Source: a virus. From it: 64,000 nucleotides of DNA. The position numbers and the translations under genes are program-made. Position 1 is the stretch's first letter; every line of letters starts with the position of its first letter. Positions 25,984-34,312 of the stretch are shown here, piece by piece. Below the pieces are notes generated by a model. The model saw nothing but the letters and a program-made list of their open reading frames with translations, was not told where the DNA came from and did no database searches. The stretch covers positions 110,751 through 174,750 of IMG/VR virus record IMGVR_UViG_3300022848_000777; one strand, 5' to 3'.

Positions 25984-26472
25984 ATGAAGATAATATTTTT
26001 AGATATTGATGGTGTTATGGTTCCCGATTACCAAAAGGTAAATGATCAAGCATTTCCTAAAGATAATGATTGGGATGCAAAACCATTTTCTCAAAAAGGA
26101 ATGATAACGTTAAATAATGCAATTTTATCAACTGATGCTAGAGTAGTTATTAGTTCAGATTGGAGAAAGCATTATTCGTTACAGGTTATGAGAGATATTT
26201 TTGTAGCAGCTGGAATTCTTTATGGTGAAGATACTATTATTGGATATACTAAAATAATAGGATATGGTGATTATAAATCTAATAGAGCACAAGAAATTCT
26301 AGAATGGGTTAGTCTACATAGACCAGATCAATGGGTTGCTATTGATGATTTAGATTTATCACCATACTTATCAGAGGATAACTTTGTCCACTGTAAATAC
26401 CCAATTGAGGGTATTAAACAACTCGGCAAACGAGCAGAGATTGAAATAAAATTAGGAAGAATTAAACAATAA
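25984..26472 (+). CDS. HAD-superfamily phosphatase (RNA-repair 'Swiss army knife' HAD type)
   Basis: FLDIDGV, ISSDWR, RAQEI, AIDD; start placed after tRNA-Ala. Confidence 0.85.
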   Translation: MKIIFLDIDGVMVPDYQKVNDQAFPKDNDWDAKPFSQKGMITLNNAILSTDARVVISSDWRKHYSLQVMRDIFVAAGILYGEDTIIGYTKIIGYGDYKSNRAQEILEWVSLHRPDQWVAIDDLDLSPYLSEDNFVHCKYPIEGIKQLGKRAEIEIKLGRIKQ

Positions 26473-26490
26473 CGATTGTTTATAATAATT

Positions 26491-26885
26491 GGGGCTGACT
26501 TGGAATTGATTAGCAGATCTAGTTTATGTGAGTGCAATCAGAGAAATGTCATCTATCTCTATAATCTATGGTGATAATAGTTAAACGACGAAAAGTCAGA
26601 TTTTACCTTCGAAGATGCAATGTCTTTCGTAGGTGGTGAGTTCGCTCTAGCAGCGTAGCCGATGGGTGATAACTACCTAGAAACAGAAAGTTATAAGTGG
26701 GTGCTAACTACCTTAAAGTGTAGTAGGATAGTGGAAATCCGTTATGAGAATGTTTTTACAAAGTTGACATTATAAACCACATCAATAATTTTGGTATTTT
26801 GTTTATTTAGAAAAATGAACTATGATTGTGAATGAATTTGTATGACGTGCTGAATAAGACGAGGGTTCGAATCCCTCCAGCTCCA
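26491..26885 (+). ncRNA. ssrA: tmRNA
   Basis: GGGGCTG...CAGCTCCA acceptor with G3:U, T arm GAGGGTTCGAATCCCTC, tag (A)DEKSDFTFEDAMSFVGGEFALAA* at 26587-26658. Confidence 0.93.
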
Positions 26886-26964
26886 GATAACCGAAATTAA
26901 CACACCTGCACGTGGTGGTTATCGCATATTCCGATTTGGAATAACTAAGATGTTAATAATATAA

Positions 26965-27038
26965 GCGTGAGTAGCTCAGTTGGTCAGAGCGTTTGGTTTC
27001 CAACCAAAGGGTCGTGGGTTCGAATCCCACCTTGCGCT
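26965..27038 (+). tRNA. tRNA-Gly(TCC)
   Basis: TTTGG-TTTCCAA-CCAAA. Confidence 0.93.
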
Positions 27039-27111
27039 CAAATAAACATTAAATTAAATTAGGATATATAAAATAGAATTCGTATATTGTATTTATATAA
27101 TATATATTATC

Positions 27112-27186
27112 GGGCCTTTAGCTCAGTTGGTTAGTAGCAGTACGCTCATAACGTAAAGGTCGGGGGTTCGAGTCCCTCAAGGCCCA
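27112..27186 (+). tRNA. tRNA(CAT): Ile2 (lysidine) or elongator Met
   Basis: GGGCCTT acceptor; TACG-CTCATAA-CGTA. Confidence 0.88.
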
Positions 27187-27212
27187 CTCAAATTAAATAA
27201 TAAGGATGATAA

Positions 27213-27809
27213 ATGAAAGTAGTAACATTAGAGAACCTAGCATACGCTATTAAATACGGTAACAAATCATCAGTTAATGAGGCCTCATTAAATAGGGTAT
27301 ATCAACATACTCAAAAAGAAGCATCTGATAGCTTTTCTATAATCACCGCATATCGTGGTGGTAATAGTAAATCAGATAACACAAAAAGAAATAAACGATT
27401 GGAATCTGATGTTAGATCATTAGGATTGGGTTTCTTTAAAGTTAAAGGTTATTGGATGGAATGTAAGAGTGCTGATATTGATTACTCTAAATGTCCTGAT
27501 GATATGAAGATACCAGTAGTTGAAGAATCGTTATTCATTCCCAATATAACTAAATCAAATGCAGTTAGGTTAGCAAAGAAATACGATCAAGATGCTATCA
27601 TCTATCAAGGTAAAGAAACCAACGATACTGTTGAATTGATTTCAAAATCAGGTGGTTCTATTGATAAAATTGGTAAGTTTTCAGCTGGGAAAATAGCAAG
27701 AGCATATACTAAGGTTAAAGGTAAATCATTTACGTTTGAAGGATTTGAGTATAAACCAAATGGGATGTTAACTAGAATGGCATTTGAATCGATAATGAAG
27801 AAAGTATGA
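27213..27809 (+). CDS. DUF3293-like conserved phage protein
   Basis: IITAYR...RNKRLE...GYW...EESLFI...KYDQDAI. Confidence 0.65.
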   Translation: MKVVTLENLAYAIKYGNKSSVNEASLNRVYQHTQKEASDSFSIITAYRGGNSKSDNTKRNKRLESDVRSLGLGFFKVKGYWMECKSADIDYSKCPDDMKIPVVEESLFIPNITKSNAVRLAKKYDQDAIIYQGKETNDTVELISKSGGSIDKIGKFSAGKIARAYTKVKGKSFTFEGFEYKPNGMLTRMAFESIMKKV

Positions 27810-28069
27810 GGTGGGAGAATGTAAGTTTACCTAATAAGATACAATATCTTAAACAATTAATGAATAATTCTACAGTAGATGTAAGTAGAGATGTCGATGT
27901 CATAGATGCATTAATCACAGGTTCAACGACACCATTTTATATGGATGATGAACTTCAATTTAAAATGCAAGATTCACATATTACATACATGAAAAATTTA
28001 TGGAATGTAGTTGTAGGTTTACAAAAAAATCAATCAATAATTGATTTAATTAAAAGTGAAGTAAAATAA
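27806..28069 (+). CDS. hypothetical protein
   Basis: 87 aa, ATGA overlap with the previous gene. Confidence 0.7.
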   Translation: MRWENVSLPNKIQYLKQLMNNSTVDVSRDVDVIDALITGSTTPFYMDDELQFKMQDSHITYMKNLWNVVVGLQKNQSIIDLIKSEVK

Positions 28070-28072
28070 TAT

Positions 28073-28128
28073 TTAACATTAATTTAACATCAAAAGTTTT
28101 GTTAAGTTAATTTTAATACTTATATTAG
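28073..28128 (+). promoter_or_regulatory. TTAACA-repeat promoter
   Basis: TTAACA 28073/28084, TTTG 28098, TATATTAG 28121. Confidence 0.7.
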
Positions 28129-28165
28129 CACGGTTGAAACGATAATGATTGTGGAAACTATAAAT

Positions 28166-28238
28166 GCGGGTGAGGGGTTAAGGGAATACCCGTTTAACTT
28201 CCAGTTAGAAGAAGGTGGGTCAGTTCCATCCACCCGCT
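28166..28238 (+). tRNA. divergent tRNA-Gly(TCC)
   Basis: GCGGGTG/CACCCGC, U73, TTTAA-CTTCCAG-TTAGA; T loop GTCAGTT, A8. Confidence 0.75.
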
Positions 28239-28247
28239 CAAAAAGAT

Positions 28248-28344
28248 TTAACATTAATTTAACATATTAAATTTGGATATCTTATTTAAGTTTCGTATAT
28301 TGTGGGTGTTAAATAAGTAAAGAAATCGTTCTTTGAAAGTATTG
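28248..28344 (+). promoter_or_regulatory. TTAACA-repeat promoter plus boxA-like motif upstream of the large ncRNA
   Basis: TTAACA 28248/28259, TTTG 28272, TATATTGT 28296, GTTCTTTGAAAGTATTG 28328. Confidence 0.7.
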
Positions 28345-28359
28345 AAAGTATTAAACTAA

Positions 28360-29400
28360 ATACATGATTAATCCTACTTCGGTAGTAGGCACCGATTTGG
28401 CATCGGGGTTGAAGATAATCTACGTATTACCACTGTCCAATGGGAGTTTAATAATATTGGGTAGTTTGATATCCAATTAAAGTATCATCGATGTGTAACA
28501 GCCAGGCTGACAATAAGTTGATAGTTTAATAAAGAATAGAAATCCGTAAGGATTTTGAAAGGTGATATATCACATCTCATCGCTAATTCGTTAGTTCATT
28601 TAAACAAGCAACATCTTACCTGATACTCAAATCAGGCCATCATTACCAAATGGTGGATATAGCAGTAAGTTGATGTAATCGGGCCCTTGAGAAAGGATAC
28701 GTTCAGAGCCATTCGGTGAGAACTAATAAGTGTAGTAACTTACCCCATTACAAACTAAATCAATGTAGTTAGAATAGGATAAGTTGTAGAGTGTGAGTTT
28801 GATTCCTTGCTAGGGATAAGGCGAACATTCAGTATGAAAGGTAAAAGGATTCGTATAGAATTCGTAGTAATCTTAAAATACCGCACAGTAGGATTTGCAA
28901 TCCGAAACGTATGAGGTGTGTTGTATTTTGTATCTCAAAAGGGTATGAAGCAACTGTTGAAGCACACCTTCGTGAATTTAAACTTTGTAAGTTAGCTCAG
29001 TTGGTAGAGCATTTGCCTCAGAAGCAGATTGTCGGTGGTTCAAATCCATCACTTACTATCATATAGATAGAAAAAAGCAAAGACTTCAACAGTTATGGAA
29101 AACAAATCACCTAATCCTACACTCTTAGGAGAATGTAGGTTCGTAGAAGCTCGCAAGGCAGAAATGAATTGATTGAATTCTGCACTTAATCACTTCGCGG
29201 TGATGAATGGCTCGCAAGGTCAGAGGAAAGATGAAAGTTGAGTAGTTCCATAATGATATGAGTATAGCCACTCATTAAAAAAGGCGGTGATGTTGTCATA
29301 CATTCGTGTTGAATGTGGATACGTTATTAACAATAGAGGTCGCACTTTATTGGCACGGTAACAAAAGTGATAACATAAGAGGTTTAATCTCAACCTACCA
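28360..29400 (+). ncRNA. large GOLLD-like ncRNA (about 1 kb; 5' end approximate)
   Basis: about 1 kb without a long ORF beside the tRNA cluster; GNRA/UUCG hairpins (AATCC-GTAA-GGATT, CTCGCAAGG twice, CCTAC-TTCG-GTAG); terminal AGGTT-TAATCTC-AACCT; embedded tRNA. Confidence 0.7.
28986..29058 (+). tRNA. tRNA-like element with CAG anticodon embedded in the large ncRNA
   Basis: canonical D and T arms, TTTGC-CTCAGAA-GCAGA, short variable loop, U1:U72 mismatch. Confidence 0.75.
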
Positions 29401-29488
29401 ATTAAATTCTCAATACATACGTTATTAACGTTCTGTTAATAATTCACAAATGGCTTGTTTATTCAAGTATTTTTTCATATATTACATC

Positions 29489-29758
29489 ATGTCGAACTTA
29501 AAAGATCATTGGAAACATAAGATAGGAAATAAACCTGTCCATCACTTTACCTCAGAACATTTTCCAGTAGAATTGATTATATTATCTGCTGGAATGATGT
29601 GTGATTCCCGTGGTGAATACGTAGAACATTATCATGTAATTGATTGTTCATCTGATTCTCCACCAAATATCACACCACCATCATTGGGATTATCAACCGA
29701 AAAAGAATTAGAATTCAGATTTAATATAAATTTTAAACAAATAACAAATAACAAATAA
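29489..29758 (+). CDS. hypothetical protein
   Basis: ATG at 29489 after a promoter-like TATATTAC. Confidence 0.65.
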   Translation: MSNLKDHWKHKIGNKPVHHFTSEHFPVELIILSAGMMCDSRGEYVEHYHVIDCSSDSPPNITPPSLGLSTEKELEFRFNINFKQITNNK

Positions 29759-29759
29759 T

Positions 29760-29957
29760 ATGAATTGGTATTCAGTAAAAGTAAAAGTAATTACCGATAA
29801 CGGTAAGACAACAAAAAAAGTAACAGAGCAATATTTAGTTAATGCGGTATCAGTATCAGATGGAGAAGTTAAGATACATGAGTTGTTCAAAAGTTCAGGG
29901 TTGGAATATGAAGTTTCCTCAGTGACTGCAACTAAAATTCTTGAGGTAATTAATTAA
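29760..29957 (+). CDS. DUF4494-like protein (Bacteroidota family)
   Basis: WYSVKVK...KKVTEQYLVNAVSVSDGE. Confidence 0.7.
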   Translation: MNWYSVKVKVITDNGKTTKKVTEQYLVNAVSVSDGEVKIHELFKSSGLEYEVSSVTATKILEVIN

Positions 29958-29958
29958 T

Positions 29959-30255
29959 ATGAAAAGCCCAACATTTGATAAAATAAAGAAATTTGTTAAG
30001 TCGGAATATCCTACAGCTAAAACTGCTGCTGATAATAACGGCAAATACTTTGTATCTGATGATAACGGTAAACTAATGAAAGCATATTTCATACCCAATC
30101 AGACCAAAGTATTTGCCGCTTGGCATGCTGTGTATGATATTATTAAAATCGATCAGAACATACAACGAACTCACCCAAATAAAATGGATTTAGCATCCGA
30201 TGCGAAAAAAGCAATGAAAATAGAAAAAAGATTATTGAAAAGAAGATTTAGATAG
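29959..30255 (+). CDS. basic hypothetical protein
   Basis: 98 aa, operonic. Confidence 0.75.
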   Translation: MKSPTFDKIKKFVKSEYPTAKTAADNNGKYFVSDDNGKLMKAYFIPNQTKVFAAWHAVYDIIKIDQNIQRTHPNKMDLASDAKKAMKIEKRLLKRRFR

Positions 30256-30278
30256 TTTCACATATTTATAGATGAGGT

Positions 30279-30917
30279 ATGGAAGATGAAGAAACACAAA
30301 AAAATAAAGAAACTTATTTTAAATCAGCAGTGGATGAATTGCCCCGAAACTGGTACAGTGATCGGAGTTGGCAGGATGAATATGAGGTCGATATGGGGGA
30401 GATAGATAAAACGAACCCACTATTTCAATCCATATATAATACAGATGCAGACTTTAACTCAGTTATAGATGAAATAAAATCAAATAATAAAGATCATCTA
30501 ACAACTTTATCTCTACTGCCAGAACCAAAGTCTTTCGATTGGGATTTAGTAACCAAGAGTAACAGCATTATTACTTATGTAAATGAAGTTTGTGATACCA
30601 CCGTACATAATGTAGTTGAAGAACCATTATTAGATGATTACTTTAACATAACATCTAATGACATATTATCTAATATTCTTTTCAGTAGAGGGGATAATGG
30701 GTATATTATCACTGGTACATCAAATACATGGAAGTTATTAGAGAAATTATCCATTAGAATGCATTCAAAAGTATTTGATATGCCGATGAAAGTAGGGATG
30801 TCTGAAACGGAAATAGCATTTGTGGGCAATTTAATGCGATATTATATTGTTCATCATTATCAATTAAATAATGATGTGATGTTATACCTAAACGAGTTAT
30901 ATAAAAAATATAGATAG
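30279..30917 (+). CDS. hypothetical protein
   Basis: 212 aa; TATTTATA at 30263. Confidence 0.75.
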   Translation: MEDEETQKNKETYFKSAVDELPRNWYSDRSWQDEYEVDMGEIDKTNPLFQSIYNTDADFNSVIDEIKSNNKDHLTTLSLLPEPKSFDWDLVTKSNSIITYVNEVCDTTVHNVVEEPLLDDYFNITSNDILSNILFSRGDNGYIITGTSNTWKLLEKLSIRMHSKVFDMPMKVGMSETEIAFVGNLMRYYIVHHYQLNNDVMLYLNELYKKYR

Positions 30918-30924
30918 GAGAGAT

Positions 30925-31299
30925 ATGAATGATGTAAGTGATTGGTGGGATGATGATGAAATCGATATATTTTCGACATTATCTAATGAAGATAAAATAT
31001 CGTATATGTATGATTTATATTGTGATCCTGATGGTAATAAAATCATGTATGATGATAAGTTTGATGATGAAGTTGATGATGATAGTGAATTTTTAGATAG
31101 TGAAGAATCAATCGGTGTTACTGAAAATAAAAATGAAATAGTAATATTTGGCACTAATAAAAGTTCAATCGATGTTGTCGCGAGTAGAATATTTATGAAT
31201 GGTATTATATTAAAATTACAATCCATTGATACCGCTAACTCTAAATGTAAAGTAACCTATAAAATAATTGGTGTAGTAAATTCAATATCTGTAAACTAA
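30925..31299 (+). CDS. acidic hypothetical protein
   Basis: 124 aa. Confidence 0.75.
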   Translation: MNDVSDWWDDDEIDIFSTLSNEDKISYMYDLYCDPDGNKIMYDDKFDDEVDDDSEFLDSEESIGVTENKNEIVIFGTNKSSIDVVASRIFMNGIILKLQSIDTANSKCKVTYKIIGVVNSISVN

Positions 31300-31300
31300 T

Positions 31301-31534
31301 ATGAATAATATAAATCAAATGATAAGTATAAACGACAACTTATATAGTATCATCAGACGAATTAAAATTAATAATAAACCAATACTTGCATACTGGAAGG
31401 TTGCAAATAAATGCGATAGTGTGTTTAAGAAGGATGGGTATTATTATTTATGTAGGAAAATTGAAGAGATTGAGTTTAAAGAAATATCTTATGTAAATAA
31501 GTATCTACCTGTTGTAATAAAACAGGGGGAATAA
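31301..31534 (+). CDS. hypothetical protein
   Basis: 77 aa. Confidence 0.7.
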   Translation: MNNINQMISINDNLYSIIRRIKINNKPILAYWKVANKCDSVFKKDGYYYLCRKIEEIEFKEISYVNKYLPVVIKQGE

Positions 31535-31549
31535 TCCCACTGTTATTCG

Positions 31550-32056
31550 TTAAAAGCTAGCTTTATGTAATACATTAACTAACTTTCGTTTTTCATCATC
31601 CCATACAAGTTTAGTATCCCTATATGTGAACTTATAAACGATACGCCTAGTTACACTTTCTTCTGGTTTCGAAATTTCTAATATAAAGCATTCTTTTTGA
31701 GTGCATATTAAAAACCGTTCATTGTTTAGATTAATTTCAATCTTACAATAACCATGTCTATGAATATTACCAGTCCACCAAAATTCACCAAATAACTCAC
31801 ATTCCATTTCAGGGGGCAATGGTAAATAATGCGATCCATCTGATTCAATAAGTGCAAAAAGAACTACAGTCTGTGGGAATATAATATCCACTTTAAGACC
31901 ACTTTTTTGATCGTAGGTATCTAATCCCGTTTTAAATACCTGATGATCACCTATTCGACCACGTCGTTCTTTATAGGGATCAATCACTTTATTTTGAGCA
32001 TTTACGTTAAATCCCATCAAAACTAATATTACTAAACTCATTATTATTCTTAGCAT
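31550..32056 (-). CDS. secreted hypothetical protein (only credible minus-strand gene)
   Basis: MLRIIMSLVILVLMGFNVNA|Q signal peptide; fills a gap between + strand genes. Confidence 0.75.
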   Translation of the reverse strand: MLRIIMSLVILVLMGFNVNAQNKVIDPYKERRGRIGDHQVFKTGLDTYDQKSGLKVDIIFPQTVVLFALIESDGSHYLPLPPEMECELFGEFWWTGNIHRHGYCKIEINLNNERFLICTQKECFILEISKPEESVTRRIVYKFTYRDTKLVWDDEKRKLVNVLHKASF

Positions 32057-32134
32057 ATATCCCCCTGCCCACATAGATGGTAACTTGTTCTGCTCACTAT
32101 ATATATATTCAATAATCTAAGTTACCGAATAAAC

Positions 32135-32190
32135 TTAACATAAATTTAATGTAGAAAGTTTGGTGTCTCCAAATTAAATGATTACTTTTG
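32135..32190 (+). promoter_or_regulatory. TTAACA-repeat promoter
   Basis: TTAACA 32135, TTAATG 32146, TTTG 32159, TACTTTTG 32183. Confidence 0.7.
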
Positions 32191-32205
32191 ATTAAAATAA
32201 AAAAT

Positions 32206-32520
32206 ATGGGATTTACTATAAACGAGAAGTTTGAAACTGAACTTCATTACCAAGATGTGGCATTAATTTCGGTTGCATTTTCTGAGAAAATTGAGAGACA
32301 CGAACATACAATGAATCAAGATCAACTAAAACGGATGAATCGATTAGTTGATAGATTGGGGGTTGAAATGTATGATCATCCAGATAATGATATTGATATA
32401 TCATCTGAGTTTGAAAGGAAGTTGTTTAAATTAATAAACAAATATACCTCAGCGGGCCTTAAAAAACCTGAATTAGTTAAAAAAATGGAATGGGTAACTG
32501 ATAGTTGTAAAACGAGTTAA
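32206..32520 (+). CDS. hypothetical protein
   Basis: ATG at 32206 after a promoter. Confidence 0.7.
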   Translation: MGFTINEKFETELHYQDVALISVAFSEKIERHEHTMNQDQLKRMNRLVDRLGVEMYDHPDNDIDISSEFERKLFKLINKYTSAGLKKPELVKKMEWVTDSCKTS

Positions 32521-32533
32521 ATGAAAAATAAAT

Positions 32534-32761
32534 ATGAATGAGTTGAATGAGTTCAGTAAATCTACGATCAGTGATATGGATGAGTTGATTGGGTGTAAAT
32601 TCAAAAGAAACGTATATGGAGTTTCCAAATGGACTGATGTTATCAAATATGTATCTATTGTTAGAGAATGCAGTTTCAAGGTGCCTGGTTGGAAACCTGT
32701 GATTATGGTTAGGGGTAATCTTCATTCATACCCAATTGATGAAATTTTAATATTTGATTAA
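32534..32761 (+). CDS. hypothetical protein
   Basis: 75 aa. Confidence 0.7.
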   Translation: MNELNEFSKSTISDMDELIGCKFKRNVYGVSKWTDVIKYVSIVRECSFKVPGWKPVIMVRGNLHSYPIDEILIFD

Positions 32762-32764
32762 TTT

Positions 32765-32789
32765 AAACACCCAGTTTGGGTGTTTTTTT
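32765..32789 (+). terminator. intrinsic terminator
   Basis: AAACACCCA-GTT-TGGGTGTTT plus a T run. Confidence 0.85.
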
Positions 32790-33021
32790 ATATCTACTAA
32801 TTAGATATAGTATTCCCGAAACCTCTTATGATGATACTTATTTTTTTCTTATCCCTTAATTAATAGGATTTTAATTATTGTCAATCTGATATTAAAGAAT
32901 AACTTATTAGTTTGTACTTATATATACATGGTTAATCTAAAGATCAAACATGAATAAGTAAAAAAGAATTGAATCAAGCTCATAAGTATTTATTATAACT
33001 ACAATTTAAAAAGTTAATTAC

Positions 33022-33936
33022 ATGGTGTTTTGGAAAACTATTTTTAAAAAAAGTACACTTTTTATAATTCTGATGGTATTATCTACATTTGGATTATCAT
33101 TCACAGCTGCATATTATTCTGTTTACGGTCTTAGTTCATTGTTCGCTGGATCTCAGATTGAAGTTATTATTATGGCATCAACCTTAGAATTCTCAAAGTT
33201 GGTAATTGCAAGTTACCTACATAATCATTGGAAACGGATAGGGGTATTTTTAAAGACTTATTTGACATTAGGGGTTGTTATATTAATGTTAATAACATCA
33301 GCTGGAGTTTATGGATTTTTGACATCAGCTTATCAGTCGACTGCATTTGAAATGGATATATTCAATAATAAGGTTGAGTTGTTAGAAACTAAGAAAGATC
33401 GGTTCATCACTGAATCAAACAGATATACAATTGATCGGAACAATATATCCAATTCGATAAATGAGTTGACAAAAGGACTGTCTAACAACGTTATTCAATA
33501 TAAAGATGATGACACTGGTAAAATAATAACAACTACATCAAGTGCAACCCGCTCGGTGTTGAATACACAACTTAATGTTTCTCAAATAAATTACGATAAG
33601 TTATCAGATAAGATCAATACATTAAATGATTCTATTACAAAATATGAGCTACGGATTATGTCTGTAAAATCAGAAAGTACTATCTCATCTGAGTTAGGAC
33701 CATTATTATACTTAACAGAACTAACAGGAAAACCTATGAATGAGGTTGTGAATTGGTTTACATTATTAATTGTAATTGTATTTGACCCATTAGCAATTGC
33801 TATGGTTATAGCACTAAACAAATATGTATCCTATGTTAGTAATAATGAGGATAATACTAAGGTCGATATTGTTCCACAGAAAACGAAACTTATCAATTCT
33901 GATAAAACTTCAATAAGAAAAAGAAAAAGAAAGTAG
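33022..33936 (+). CDS. conserved large-phage membrane protein with coiled coil
   Basis: 3 N-terminal TM segments, coiled coil, C-terminal TM with FDPLAI. Confidence 0.8.
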   Translation: MVFWKTIFKKSTLFIILMVLSTFGLSFTAAYYSVYGLSSLFAGSQIEVIIMASTLEFSKLVIASYLHNHWKRIGVFLKTYLTLGVVILMLITSAGVYGFLTSAYQSTAFEMDIFNNKVELLETKKDRFITESNRYTIDRNNISNSINELTKGLSNNVIQYKDDDTGKIITTTSSATRSVLNTQLNVSQINYDKLSDKINTLNDSITKYELRIMSVKSESTISSELGPLLYLTELTGKPMNEVVNWFTLLIVIVFDPLAIAMVIALNKYVSYVSNNEDNTKVDIVPQKTKLINSDKTSIRKRKRK

Positions 33937-33997
33937 CTTATAATTTGTTTAATCGTAAAATATTTCGTATATTGCATAAAATAATAATAAAAAAACT

Positions 33998-34312
33998 ATG
34001 GAATACAGATACGAAAAACCATTAGGTGATAGGGTTGTTGTCGATATAATCAAAAACAAAGAAGAGAAAACAGCAGGTGGATTATTAAAACCAGCGGGCC
34101 TTGATGATACTATGATGGGTATTGTTTTAATAACAGGAGATGGATTATTTACTCAAACTGGTGATAGAATACAAATGACTGTAAAAGCGGGTGATACGGT
34201 ACTGCTACAAGGTACAGGCGTTAAGCATAAAAACGGTGATAAATCATATCAGATATACCGTGAAGGTGATATTTTATCAATAGTAACCCCAATATATAAT
34301 ATAGAAATATGA
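33998..34312 (+). CDS. groES: GroES-like co-chaperonin
   Basis: KPLGDRVVV, EEKTAGGLL, VKAGDTVL, REGDIL. Confidence 0.92.
   Translation: MEYRYEKPLGDRVVVDIIKNKEEKTAGGLLKPAGLDDTMMGIVLITGDGLFTQTGDRIQMTVKAGDTVLLQGTGVKHKNGDKSYQIYREGDILSIVTPIYNIEI

Noticed and set aside
28986-29058. Opal or selenocysteine tRNA (TCA) reading of the embedded tRNA
   Set aside because: The 5-bp stem centres the loop CTCAGAA on CAG, and there is no Sec-type long arm
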